From: a virus
Lineage: Duplodnaviria; Caudoviricetes
Direction: 5' to 3' (one strand)
DNA: 64,000 nucleotides
Virus record (IMG/VR): IMGVR_UViG_3300021399_000099
Span: 152,911 to 216,910 of that record
In this document: piece by piece, positions 43,982 through 53,936 of the stretch
Numbering within the stretch: the stretch's first letter is position 1
Layout of the letters: each line of letters begins with the position of its first letter
The notes under the pieces: model-generated
Database searches by the model: none
What the model saw: only the letters and a program-made list of their open reading frames with translations
Told to the model about the DNA's origin: nothing
Translations under genes and position numbers: made by a program

Positions 43982-44806
43982 TTATTTGATTATTTTTCTT
44001 GCCTTATTCAGTGTATCTGTAAAACTCTCGTTTCCTTCGGTCAGGCGGCTTGCGGTAGAAGTTCCCTTGTAATAATCGCTTGCCTTGTAGCCGTAGAGGG
44101 CTTTCATTCTTTCAATTGACTCGTTCATACCCTGCTTGTTGCTGTGGGATATGATTTCGGCCTTTCCGTTCTTCCATTCCAGGAGATATTCATTGCCGGT
44201 CTTGTCCTTCATTCTAAAGACATTTTCCTCGACCTTGAACTCGTCCGGTATTCTTGACATCATATGACCCTCGGTAAGGAACGTGGTCTTCTTGAAATAG
44301 GCGGTCTTCACATTCTTGTTCTCGTAAAGGCTGTCGTGCTTGAAAGTGTCCTCCGGTGTTGTACGTGCTGTGAGACCGGCTCTCTTAACCATCTCACGCT
44401 CTTTCTTCCATTCGTCGGCATCGTCCGTAATACCTTTGAAAATGTTCTTATTACCTTCAAAGTCGCCCTGCTTCTCTATGCCGTTTTCCTTCTCGGCAAC
44501 ACTGGTATAACCTTCTGCCTGGGCCTTGATGCGGTCCTTGTACTTCTGGTCAACATTGTCAACTTCGTAATCAAGGGTGGTTCTGTTGTGGTCCCCCTCC
44601 TTGGTCTTGTCGTACTTTGCTACCTCAATGGAGTCGGCAAGTCCCCCATCATAGTCCTTTGCTCGCTTTTCTGCGTCCTTGTAAGCCTTGCCGTTGTTAG
44701 CCTTATCTCCGCTCTCAACTCCGGGCCCAAGTTTTGCCTTGAACTCGTTTGAGCTTTCCGCGATAAGTGCCTTTAAATCGCTTACCTTGTAGGTCATTGT
44801 TTTCAT
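43982..44806 (-). CDS. Hypothetical virion/head-associated protein
   Basis: 274 aa; 'MNESIERMKALYGY' helix. Confidence 0.6.
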   Translation of the reverse strand: MKTMTYKVSDLKALIAESSNEFKAKLGPGVESGDKANNGKAYKDAEKRAKDYDGGLADSIEVAKYDKTKEGDHNRTTLDYEVDNVDQKYKDRIKAQAEGYTSVAEKENGIEKQGDFEGNKNIFKGITDDADEWKKEREMVKRAGLTARTTPEDTFKHDSLYENKNVKTAYFKKTTFLTEGHMMSRIPDEFKVEENVFRMKDKTGNEYLLEWKNGKAEIISHSNKQGMNESIERMKALYGYKASDYYKGTSTASRLTEGNESFTDTLNKARKIIK

Positions 44807-44829
44807 TTTAGTTTATGATTAGTTTTTTA

Positions 44830-45810
44830 TTAAATGCGCTCTCCGTAATCAAACAAGCCTATGTCGTTCCCTCTGTCATTATAAGCTTTTGTTCCGATTT
44901 TTGGTGACTCCACTTTACTTGCAACCGGCATAAAATAATCTGGATACATATACTTGTCATCAATTTCGGCCATGTCAACCTGCATTCCTTTCCTAAACAC
45001 GTATACTTTTCCTATATCAGAATATTTTGAGAAATTCCAGGACAACTGTTCATCATATCCATACCCATATTTCTTGAATTCCTTAAACATGTCAGCTAAT
45101 GGACCACGGTCTAAATAACCATTGGACGGGATTTCGCCCTTTGGCTTCGGGACAACAATCGCCTTTTCGGTATATTCTCCGGTTTTATAATCCGGAAAGT
45201 GCTTAATTTTTCCGTCATATTTTTTGAGCAGATAGTTTTCAACGTATTTGTCATAGTCTTTGTCACTACCCTTTGCTTCTGGTTTTTTTACACCACGGCT
45301 ATCATTATGTTTGGCTTGGCGCATAGATTCTGGGCTGATTGAATATTCATAGTGTCTGTTTCTTCCATCATCATCGGTTTCCCACTCTTCACCGTGGCCA
45401 GACTCTACATCGGCGTTACGCCTATCACGAAGTTGTGAACTTGATTCTCTATATTGTGCAATCAAATCCTTAACCTTTTTATCATTCATGTATTCATCTT
45501 TAACCTTGTATACGTTCATGCCATCTCTAAATCTAATAATCGGTTCATCATCAAAGAACTGTCCGATTATCTTCTTCATGCCAAATAATCCTTTGGTTAC
45601 CAAAAAATTTTCTTGAAAGAATTTTTGGCTAAAGTCAGCATTTAATTTATCCAATTGTAAAGAAGGGTCAACATATCTTATTCCTCCGTGTTCTTTGGCT
45701 AGCCGTTTCAGACTAGGCGAAGCAAGCCCCTCTTTTAGTACTCTCTTAACAGCCTCGTTAATCATATAACGAAGTTGGTTTTCATTTAATCTAATGATAT
45801 TCTTTTTCAT
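44830..45810 (-). CDS. Protein with I.L.E.QL N-terminal motif
   Basis: MKKNIIRLNENQLRYMINEAVKRVLKE. Confidence 0.7.
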   Translation of the reverse strand: MKKNIIRLNENQLRYMINEAVKRVLKEGLASPSLKRLAKEHGGIRYVDPSLQLDKLNADFSQKFFQENFLVTKGLFGMKKIIGQFFDDEPIIRFRDGMNVYKVKDEYMNDKKVKDLIAQYRESSSQLRDRRNADVESGHGEEWETDDDGRNRHYEYSISPESMRQAKHNDSRGVKKPEAKGSDKDYDKYVENYLLKKYDGKIKHFPDYKTGEYTEKAIVVPKPKGEIPSNGYLDRGPLADMFKEFKKYGYGYDEQLSWNFSKYSDIGKVYVFRKGMQVDMAEIDDKYMYPDYFMPVASKVESPKIGTKAYNDRGNDIGLFDYGERI

Positions 45811-45834
45811 TCCTTATGCCATTTTCACTTATAT

Positions 45835-46194
45835 TTAATCTATATCTGGTCTTCCGCGCTGTATGTATTCATCTTCAAAAGAATCATACTGGCGCTGTTT
45901 TCTTGCATAGAAACGCTTAAATCTTTCAAAAACCCTGGACAAATCGTCATAGATGAGTTTAGCCTCGTTATTTACTGGCTTTATTTTATTCCACCCGCAA
46001 TCGGCAATATCAGCGAGAGCGTCCTGTAAATCCTCAAACATTTTGTTAATCTCTTCCAAAACACCGTTATAGCGCTCGGAATTTCCAAGTGCATCTGCCA
46101 CTGTTCTGTCACTAACTTCATTAACTACCTTTTTCACTGTTTCAGATATCATCCTGCGAAGCTGAGTTTCATTTAATTTTACTTTTCTTGTCAT
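45835..46194 (-). CDS. Protein with I.L.E.QL N-terminal motif
   Basis: MTRKVKLNETQLRRMISETVKKVVNE. Confidence 0.7.
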   Translation of the reverse strand: MTRKVKLNETQLRRMISETVKKVVNEVSDRTVADALGNSERYNGVLEEINKMFEDLQDALADIADCGWNKIKPVNNEAKLIYDDLSRVFERFKRFYARKQRQYDSFEDEYIQRGRPDID

Positions 46195-46235
46195 AATCCG
46201 TTTTCTGTGTTTTATTTATTACCACTTTATTTTGC

Positions 46236-46619
46236 TTAATCGTCCGGCAATTCATTAAATTTTTTAGCGTAAAATTCACCCATATTCAAGGTTTGGTTCC
46301 ATTTTCTATCACGAACTTTACGAAGTCCTTTTGCAAAATTCTCTACTGTATGCTTAACTCCTTCAACATTTAAATCCTGTGCAATTTTTCTGCTCAACGA
46401 TGTAGTATTGCTGTAGCCCCCAAAAAACAATTCGTCCATAGCCTCTAACAGTTTGTTGCATAGGTCGCACACATTATCAATAGCGCCAGCTTGGTCTTCG
46501 GTCCTTTGTTTGGCGTCATAAGCCAAATCTGCGGATATCTCATTGACAGTTTTTTTCACGCTTTCAACTATAATTCGCTTGAGTTGGCTTTCGCTTAGTT
46601 TTACAACATTCTTTTTCAT
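46236..46619 (-). CDS. Protein with I.L.E.QL N-terminal motif
   Basis: MKKNVVKLSESQLKRIIVESVKKTVNE. Confidence 0.7.
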   Translation of the reverse strand: MKKNVVKLSESQLKRIIVESVKKTVNEISADLAYDAKQRTEDQAGAIDNVCDLCNKLLEAMDELFFGGYSNTTSLSRKIAQDLNVEGVKHTVENFAKGLRKVRDRKWNQTLNMGEFYAKKFNELPDD

Positions 46620-46640
46620 TTTTATGATGTTTTTTATTTA

Positions 46641-46880
46641 TTACCACGGAACCATACCGCGATATGTTCTTCCGTTCATTGTTCCGCTTAAAAGGTCCAT
46701 ACCCCTCATAAGTTGCTTTTCTTTGAGCTCCAGTAGTTTTTCCCTGTCCGGTTCTTCCTTTTTAAGTTCCTTTTCAATGTCTTCGTTTATCTTTTTGACA
46801 TCTTTTAGTGCTTCCGGGTTATATGGGTTCCCGTAGCCGTATATGTTCTTATTCATTTTAACAATTTCTTCCGTATTCAA
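46641..46880 (-). CDS. Hypothetical protein
   Basis: 79 aa ORF. Confidence 0.55.
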   Translation of the reverse strand: MNTEEIVKMNKNIYGYGNPYNPEALKDVKKINEDIEKELKKEEPDREKLLELKEKQLMRGMDLLSGTMNGRTYRGMVPW

Positions 46881-47118
46881 CTCCAGCAGTGAAAGCCCTG
46901 ATTATGTTTTCGTCCCCATCAAGACCGTTTTCTTGGGCCCATTCCCTTGCCGCACTTTCTGCCGGGTCTTCCTGGGACATTATATATCGCATCCACTTTT
47001 CTGCACCTTGTCTTCCCTCTGGTGTGCTCATATCATAGCCCAAAGCCTCTTCAATACCCTCGGTAATCATTCGCCGAAGCTGACCCTCGTTTATTTTAAC
47101 TACCTTCTTTTCCATCAC
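46858..47118 (-). CDS. Protein with I.L.E.QL N-terminal motif
   Basis: KKVVKINEGQLRRMITEGIEEAL. Confidence 0.65.
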   Translation of the reverse strand: MMEKKVVKINEGQLRRMITEGIEEALGYDMSTPEGRQGAEKWMRYIMSQEDPAESAAREWAQENGLDGDENIIRAFTAGVEYGRNC

Positions 47119-47126
47119 AGTGTCTT

Positions 47127-48098
47127 TTATTTTTTATTCCACTTTTTTGCATTAAGTTCAAAGGTTGCCATCTTTTTCTGTTCCGGCGTTCCATTTTCCT
47201 TATACCAGCTTGCGGATTTTCCGGTTCTTTTTTTCAGTGCCGTGAATTTTCCTTCGTGGCTCTTTTTTATGTGAATGCCGCTATCCTCTTCTTCCAGGCT
47301 CTTATGTCCTACCGGCTGATTTGACTTGCTCTTCCTTGATAATATATTCTTATGGTCCATTGCAGGGTCATTCTTGCTCTTGGCACCAAATGGAACATCA
47401 TACCACGGATAACTTCCATCCCTTCCTATGTTGCTGTCTGTTAGGGCTCCTCCGCCGAACTCGTCTTCTTTGATAAGTTGTGCGAGTTGTTTCATCTGTT
47501 CTTCGGTAATATACATAGTCACTCTACCGATTGGGCGTTTCATTTTCTTGGACTCATTTTTATACGCCTCTGTACCTATTTTGCGACGAACCATACCAAA
47601 CAATGGCTGGTCGGTTGGTGCTGTGTCATTACAATCAGCCGCACTTAGGGCTCCATCTGTTCCAGGACCAGGAAATCCACCATCATCTTCATTCAATATA
47701 GTTCCCTCAACGACATGGTTTTCAAACAACTTAATATAAAGGTTCCTGAGTTTTTCGTCAATCCCCTTTATCCCGTTGGCTATATCCTTCTTTGGGACCT
47801 TGTAAGTCACCTGGAATTCATCCTTCAAAGGTTTTCCAAACTCATCGGTTCCGCCGTTCTTAATCCTTTCGGTTCGCATAACGACGGCGGTTTCAGGGTG
47901 GGTTTCATCTTCCGGCTTTGTGAGCAGTTCCAGGGCCCGTTTGGCATCAATATCAAATCCCTTAAGATAATCATCAACGTCAGCGGAAAGCGGGTTATCA
48001 CCAATCAGTTTCCCAATGAAATCTTCCATATGGGAAACAAATCCATGACGTGTAAGTTCCTTTGCGTCAGGGAAATATGTTGCTTCACTTAATTTCAT
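47127..48098 (-). CDS. Hypothetical virion-associated protein
   Basis: Internal 'YITEEQMKQL' motif; C-terminal 'IHIKKSHEGKFT...KMATFELNAKKW' module. Confidence 0.65.
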   Translation of the reverse strand: MKLSEATYFPDAKELTRHGFVSHMEDFIGKLIGDNPLSADVDDYLKGFDIDAKRALELLTKPEDETHPETAVVMRTERIKNGGTDEFGKPLKDEFQVTYKVPKKDIANGIKGIDEKLRNLYIKLFENHVVEGTILNEDDGGFPGPGTDGALSAADCNDTAPTDQPLFGMVRRKIGTEAYKNESKKMKRPIGRVTMYITEEQMKQLAQLIKEDEFGGGALTDSNIGRDGSYPWYDVPFGAKSKNDPAMDHKNILSRKSKSNQPVGHKSLEEEDSGIHIKKSHEGKFTALKKRTGKSASWYKENGTPEQKKMATFELNAKKWNKK

Positions 48099-48361
48099 TA
48101 TTGGTTATTTATTAGTCCTGTCCAAAAATTATTCCTCTCCCATAATCCACGGAAAAGCACCTTGACAGAATCGGCAACAATCTTGCGGACTTTCTTTTCA
48201 AGTTCCTTATCTGCCTCCCGGTTGTTCTTGATGGCTTTATTTACGGCGTCCTTGAAATCCTTGTTATCGGCAAGGGCGGCAATGTCGGCTTTGCTCATAA
48301 TTTCCTCAACTATGAGCTTCTGTGCCATACTTTCACTGATTATGACTTTTTTATTTGCCAT
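48098..48361 (-). CDS. Hypothetical protein
   Basis: 87 aa ORF following an ACTATTTATA motif. Confidence 0.6.
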   Translation of the reverse strand: MANKKVIISESMAQKLIVEEIMSKADIAALADNKDFKDAVNKAIKNNREADKELEKKVRKIVADSVKVLFRGLWERNNFWTGLINNQ

Positions 48362-48483
48362 ATACTTTTATTCGTATATAAATAGTTCTGCTTATGGAAA
48401 AATACCATTGTTATGCTTTTTAAAAGAGGTGAAATATTTCTGGCGGGGAAGAACTATTTATATAAGAAATAATAAATATCATT

Positions 48484-50259
48484 ATGAGTATGGATAAATC
48501 TTACATTCACCTTTTTAATACCGTTGCCGAATACGAAGAAGCAAGAAAAAATAACTATTATGAGCCTTGGGTGTCTTATACCAAAGAAGTTGGCGGAGGA
48601 CTTGCCTATGACAAGACTGAATATGAAAAATTACTTGAAGAGCCGCTGACTTTTAAGGTTATATCTGCAGGAACCATTGTTTGGAAAGCGAATAATACTG
48701 CTTATACAACAACAATCGAGTATAGTATGGAAAGTGGGGAAACCTGGACCAGTACTACAGCAACTACTGGTGGTACTTCTTTTTCTGTAAATGCTGGCGA
48801 TGTTGTTCAGTTTAGAGGGGATAACGCAACTTACGCCACCAATATTTCAAATTATAATTCTTTCAGTGGTTCGACAGCGAAGTTTGAAGTTGAAGGCAAT
48901 ATAATGTCTTTAATAGATAGTACTAACTTTGTTACTGCAGCCACACTGGTATCAAGTTATACTTTTTGTAATTTGTTCTATGGTTGTACTGGTTTAACTT
49001 CTGCCGAAAGACTTGTACTTCCTGCTACTACATTGGCAGTTTGGTGTTATCAAAATATGTTCCAAGGATGTAGAAGTCTGGTTACAGCACCTGCACTTCC
49101 AGCAACAACATTGGCAAATTATTGTTATTCTTTTATGTTCAACGGCTGTACTGGTCTTACAACGGCACCTGAACTTCCAGCAACTACATTAGCAAATAAT
49201 TGTTATTATAGTATGTTTTATGGTTGTACAAATTTAACTACTGCACCAGAATTACCTGCTATTACATTGGTAGATAGTTGTTATAATAATATGTTCAATG
49301 GATGTAGAAGTTTGGTTACTGCACCTGAACTTCCAGCAATTACATTAGCAAAACAGTGTTATAGTAATATGTTCGATTATTGTAGAAGTTTGGCTACCGC
49401 ACCTGCACTTCATGCTACTACATTGGCAGAGGAATGTTATTATGGTATGTTCCATGGTTGTACAAGTTTAACAACGGCACCTGAGCTTCCTGCTACTACA
49501 TTGGCGGGTAGTTGTTATTATAGTATGTTCTCTAATTGTACAAATTTAACTTCGGTACCTGAACTTCCAGCTACTACATTGGCATATCGGTGCTATTGTA
49601 ATATGTTTGGCGGTTGTACGTCATTAACTTCAGCACCTACACTTCCTGCTACTACATTGGCAGATGGTTGTTATTATGGTATGTTCTCTAATTGTACAGG
49701 TTTAACGGATGTACCAGAGCTTCCTGTTACAACATTAGCAAATAATTGTTATTATGAAATGTTCCGAGGTTGTACAAGTTTAACGTCGGCGCCGGAACTT
49801 CCCGCTACTACATTGGCAGATTATTGTTATAGAGCTATGTTCCAAGGTTGTACAAGTTTAACAACAGCACCAGAACTTTCCGCCACCAATCTGAGACACG
49901 GTTGCTATTGGAGTATGTTCCAGAATTGTACAAAATTGTCTGTTGCACCTAAACTTCCGGCAGATAAAATTGCATCAGCTTGTTATGCCTTTATGTTTGT
50001 TGGATGTACAAGTTTGGTCATGGCTCCTGAACTTCCAGTGGCTGATTTGTTAAGCGAATGTTATTATAACATGTTTCAGGGCTGTACAAACTTAAACTAT
50101 ATTAAATGTCTTGCAACAAACATTTCTGTAAGTAATGGAACAACTGGTTGGGTAAATGGCGTTTCCGCTGCCGGTATATTCGTTAAAGATGCAAATATGT
50201 CGTCTTGGACTACAGGTGTAAATGGCATTCCAAATGGATGGACGGTTCAAAACGCATAA
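48484..50259 (+). CDS. BspA-type LRR protein (longest paralog)
   Basis: About 15 LRR units; shared 'GNIMSL' cap and 'LNYIKCLAT...GIPNGWTVQNA' C-terminus. Confidence 0.9.
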   Translation: MSMDKSYIHLFNTVAEYEEARKNNYYEPWVSYTKEVGGGLAYDKTEYEKLLEEPLTFKVISAGTIVWKANNTAYTTTIEYSMESGETWTSTTATTGGTSFSVNAGDVVQFRGDNATYATNISNYNSFSGSTAKFEVEGNIMSLIDSTNFVTAATLVSSYTFCNLFYGCTGLTSAERLVLPATTLAVWCYQNMFQGCRSLVTAPALPATTLANYCYSFMFNGCTGLTTAPELPATTLANNCYYSMFYGCTNLTTAPELPAITLVDSCYNNMFNGCRSLVTAPELPAITLAKQCYSNMFDYCRSLATAPALHATTLAEECYYGMFHGCTSLTTAPELPATTLAGSCYYSMFSNCTNLTSVPELPATTLAYRCYCNMFGGCTSLTSAPTLPATTLADGCYYGMFSNCTGLTDVPELPVTTLANNCYYEMFRGCTSLTSAPELPATTLADYCYRAMFQGCTSLTTAPELSATNLRHGCYWSMFQNCTKLSVAPKLPADKIASACYAFMFVGCTSLVMAPELPVADLLSECYYNMFQGCTNLNYIKCLATNISVSNGTTGWVNGVSAAGIFVKDANMSSWTTGVNGIPNGWTVQNA

Positions 50260-50310
50260 TCAATAAAAAAAAAATAAACAGGAAGAAATCAATCTTCCTG
50301 TTTTTTCTTT
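50258..50310. repeat. ~50 bp direct repeat (bidirectional terminator), also at 52744-52796
   Basis: AATCAATA(n)TAAACAGGAAGAAATCAATCTTCCTGT(n)CTTTA on both sides of the 50361 gene. Confidence 0.85.
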
Positions 50311-50360
50311 ATTTTAATCTATAACTATTTATTATTATATAAGTTTAAAAAGAGAAAAAT

Positions 50361-52751
50361 ATGGCAGAAAAAAGAGTATCAGCTACAACTATGAATATAT
50401 TATATAACACTTCTACTAGTGCCGTTAATATATTTACAACATATAAGGTTAATGAATTAGTTGGTGAAATTACAGGGCCAGTTATATCAAGTACTTCTAT
50501 TACACCAACCACAGAAAGTACTTCAATAACTCATAAATTAACAGTTGGTTTTAAAGAAAATACAAGTACTAGTCAAAGAACTGGTTATCTTAGTATTAAA
50601 AAAGGAAATAAAGAAGTTGGTCTATTAACAGTTAATCAACAAGGTGAGCCAACAGATAAATATTTCAAATGGAGTAATGAACAACAAGACATTACTAAAA
50701 CAGTATCAAGTGCTAGTACTACGTTAACTGAAACATATAGCACAACCTATTCAAATATTACATTTGATTGTGATGGAACTGTTTGTACAGCCGTTACTAG
50801 AAATGGTAATTCTATAAGTTATGCTATAACTCAGAATAATGTAGAATCTTTAAGAAGTGGTTATATTTATGCTAAATATGACGGAGATACAGTTGGTACA
50901 TTAACAGTTAATCAACAAGGTAAAAACCCCGGACCTGAACCAACAGTTAAATATTTCAAATGGAGTGACACTTCTGATACTGCAAATACGATACCACACG
51001 ATTATAATTCAGGAGAAATACAAGCTGCTTATGAAACGGACTATTTAGAAGGTGAGTATAATTTTTCACCAACAACAACGAGTATAATGAAATATCCGGA
51101 ACTTTTATATGGTGAAAAAAAATTTAAATTTGATTTTGACGAAAATTTAGATGCAGGACCAAGAGATGAAAGTATTAATATTGTAAGAACAAGTGACAAT
51201 AAAAACATAGCAAAATTAACATTTATTCAAAAAGGAAGAACAGAACCTGGTTCAGATAAATATTTTTATTGGAATGATGCATCTACAACGCAAGGTTCAG
51301 AAGTAATTGAATCAACTACTAAAGATGTACGTATTATATATATAACAAATGTTAGCGAGGAGATTGTAAAAGGTAATAACTTTTTCCAAATAACAACAGT
51401 TCCAACAGGTGTTCAAAAACCTACATTAACAGTAAATGATAGATTTTTAACATTAAGTGATATTCCTGAAAACACAGGAACTGATGATATTACATATAGA
51501 ATTCGAGTTAATTATGAAGGACTAACTGACTGTTATTATGATATTATTCAGAATCCTAGACCCGCTGAATATTTCTTTTGGTATAGTGGCGGTACCAATT
51601 TAGGATATGATGTAAGCAGTAATATAGAAGGTTCTGGTGGAACACTTACATTGAATTATGAAACAAATATTGATATTGAAGATATAACTTTTGAAGAAGA
51701 AAAAGAAGGATATGTTACGGGTGTTACTACTGCATTAACTCAAGACCAACTAAGTGTAAGTTTTGAGGTGAATGATAGCCGTTCTCCTAAAGTTGTAAAA
51801 TATAATGTTAAAAAAGACGGAAACACGATTGCTACATGGATTATAAGACAATATGGTTCATATTTTACTTGGTATGATGGAAATTGGAGTATATATAACA
51901 ATCTAAAGTATATTGAATATAATGCCACTGGATGCGATGTGACCTTTAAAACAAATTATAGTAATTATGATTTTGTAATTTCAGGCTTAGCAGCAAATCA
52001 ATATGAGATAAATGAACCTGAAAGAAAAATTACCATAAAAAATCTTTCAGAAAATACCGGGGATAGTATGAAAGTATTCTCTATAACACCTAAAATTAAT
52101 GGAAAAGGGGTCCCAATATTTACATTAAATATTGTTCAACAAGTATCTCCATCAAATTATAAGTTTAGTTGGACTTATTCTAGTGGTGCAAAAACAATAA
52201 CATATAATATACAATGTAACGAAACACAAGGTGGTGCATTTTTTGATACTAATATTTGTCAAGACACATCTGAATTTATTAATGCTTTTAGCTTTACTCC
52301 TTCATCAGATTCAACAGAAAAATTAAATTTAGTATTTGCACCTGGTTATGTTTCACTTACCGGAATTAAACCAAATACATCACCTGACCCAAAACATTAT
52401 GCTATTAATTTTAACTTAGGTAATTTAACTGGTTATATTTGTAACATAATACAAGCTGGAAATGGATATTTTAAATGGAATAATAGTGAATATAGTGCAA
52501 AAACATCAGAGGTTACTAGTGCAGCGGCAACATTATCAGAATCATTTGATACAAATTATATCTATGACGATATAAGTTTTGAATGTGATAGAGCAGTTGT
52601 AAGTTCAGTAGAAAAAGGAGAAAATAAATCAATAACATATAGCGTGACAGAAAATCAAACAAGTTCAGTAAGAACAGGTTATGTTAGGGCAAAATATAAA
52701 GATGCTGAAATAGGAATACTGATTATTAATCAAAAAGTTCCAAATCAATAA
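50361..52751 (+). CDS. Repeated Ig-like (BACON-like) domain protein
   Basis: About 8 repeats of ~95 aa, 'KYFKW...Y.TN...EN...R.G...L.V.Q'. Confidence 0.7.
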   Translation: MAEKRVSATTMNILYNTSTSAVNIFTTYKVNELVGEITGPVISSTSITPTTESTSITHKLTVGFKENTSTSQRTGYLSIKKGNKEVGLLTVNQQGEPTDKYFKWSNEQQDITKTVSSASTTLTETYSTTYSNITFDCDGTVCTAVTRNGNSISYAITQNNVESLRSGYIYAKYDGDTVGTLTVNQQGKNPGPEPTVKYFKWSDTSDTANTIPHDYNSGEIQAAYETDYLEGEYNFSPTTTSIMKYPELLYGEKKFKFDFDENLDAGPRDESINIVRTSDNKNIAKLTFIQKGRTEPGSDKYFYWNDASTTQGSEVIESTTKDVRIIYITNVSEEIVKGNNFFQITTVPTGVQKPTLTVNDRFLTLSDIPENTGTDDITYRIRVNYEGLTDCYYDIIQNPRPAEYFFWYSGGTNLGYDVSSNIEGSGGTLTLNYETNIDIEDITFEEEKEGYVTGVTTALTQDQLSVSFEVNDSRSPKVVKYNVKKDGNTIATWIIRQYGSYFTWYDGNWSIYNNLKYIEYNATGCDVTFKTNYSNYDFVISGLAANQYEINEPERKITIKNLSENTGDSMKVFSITPKINGKGVPIFTLNIVQQVSPSNYKFSWTYSSGAKTITYNIQCNETQGGAFFDTNICQDTSEFINAFSFTPSSDSTEKLNLVFAPGYVSLTGIKPNTSPDPKHYAINFNLGNLTGYICNIIQAGNGYFKWNNSEYSAKTSEVTSAAATLSESFDTNYIYDDISFECDRAVVSSVEKGENKSITYSVTENQTSSVRTGYVRAKYKDAEIGILIINQKVPNQ

Positions 52752-52811
52752 AAAAAAATAAACAGGAAGAAATCAATCTTCCTGTTTTTTTCTTTAGATA
52801 TAAGGCAATGA

Positions 52812-53336
52812 TTATCCGTTGTCCTTAATGTTCCTTACCATTCTGTCAAGGTCAGCAGCTTCTGTTCTCCATTGTTCTCGCCAATTCTGGTAATACCCGA
52901 ACAGCTTATTAAGGATTTGAATGTTATCCTTGTTGATGATAAGTCCGTCAGCCCATACGAAACAACCGCTGCCGGTATTTGTTTCAAGGACAAACTGCCA
53001 CTTAAGGTTGTTTAAAGCGGGTATTGTTCCACTAAAGACCATATTCTTTGTCTCCGGCATAAAGATAAGCGGGCTGTCACTTACCTTATCCGGGTTTGCC
53101 TCGTTAAACTGGGCACCGCTTTCAACCTGAGTACGGAAAGACTCAATCTGGCTTGAAAGGACATTCGTGCCAAATTTGGGCTCGTCCGTAATCGCAATGG
53201 CATCGGTTTTCTTTTCTCCCCCGTCGGTCTCTTTCTCTTCTTTTATGATGCCCCAACCGGTACCAGATGCCTTACCCCTGATAGCTCTAATCCTATCAAG
53301 CATATTCCTTGTCATTTCGTCTTCCCTAGTGTTCAT
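52812..53336 (-). CDS. Hypothetical protein
   Basis: 174 aa ORF. Confidence 0.65.
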   Translation of the reverse strand: MNTREDEMTRNMLDRIRAIRGKASGTGWGIIKEEKETDGGEKKTDAIAITDEPKFGTNVLSSQIESFRTQVESGAQFNEANPDKVSDSPLIFMPETKNMVFSGTIPALNNLKWQFVLETNTGSGCFVWADGLIINKDNIQILNKLFGYYQNWREQWRTEAADLDRMVRNIKDNG

Positions 53337-53362
53337 TGTTTAAAAAGTGTTTGTCTTAATTA

Positions 53363-53893
53363 TTAATAAAGTCCGCTTGTGCCGTTCCACCAGTTCGTAA
53401 AGCCGTCATTGTCTCGTGCCCCCCTGGTTTCCTTTTGAATGTTCGATTTGATTGCCTCGGCCTTCTTCTTAATTGCCTCGACCCTCTTCAGTTCTTCCTG
53501 TACTAGTTTTTCTGCGTTTTCCGGCTCTTTTCCAAGCTTTTCGTTAAACTCTTCCTTTCCATTCTCAAGGTCAGCAATCTGTTCTTTGATTTCGGCAGAT
53601 GGCTCAACATTGTCTATGATATCATGCACCTGCTTTTCGAAATCAATCGGTTCTGGCGTTTCTCCATTTGGCTCGATTGTTTCATCTCCCACCGGTTCAA
53701 TGTCAGCATTAATATCTTCCGGCTTAATCTCTTCCGGGACAATGGTTGCAGCCTCATTGGCTTTCTGTGCCTCGAGAGCCTTTTCAAGCTTCTCTATCTG
53801 TTCCATTGTCGTTGTTTTCTTGTTTTCTTTCTTGGTTTCCGCCTTCTTAATGGTGCCGGCAGAAGCGTTCTTTCCTTTGTTTCCTGTAGCCAT
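53363..53893 (-). CDS. Hypothetical charged protein
   Basis: 176 aa ORF. Confidence 0.6.
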   Translation of the reverse strand: MATGNKGKNASAGTIKKAETKKENKKTTTMEQIEKLEKALEAQKANEAATIVPEEIKPEDINADIEPVGDETIEPNGETPEPIDFEKQVHDIIDNVEPSAEIKEQIADLENGKEEFNEKLGKEPENAEKLVQEELKRVEAIKKKAEAIKSNIQKETRGARDNDGFTNWWNGTSGLY

Positions 53894-53936
53894 AAATAGT
53901 TTGTTATTATCCTTTATAAATAGTTTTTAAAAAATA

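Noticed and set aside
32233-50259. Diversity-generating retroelement acting on the LRR genes
   Set aside because: No reverse transcriptase and no non-coding template repeat differing only at adenines was seen.
53160-53176. TGGCACG motif
   Set aside because: Lies inside a CDS and lacks the -12 TTG(C/T) element.
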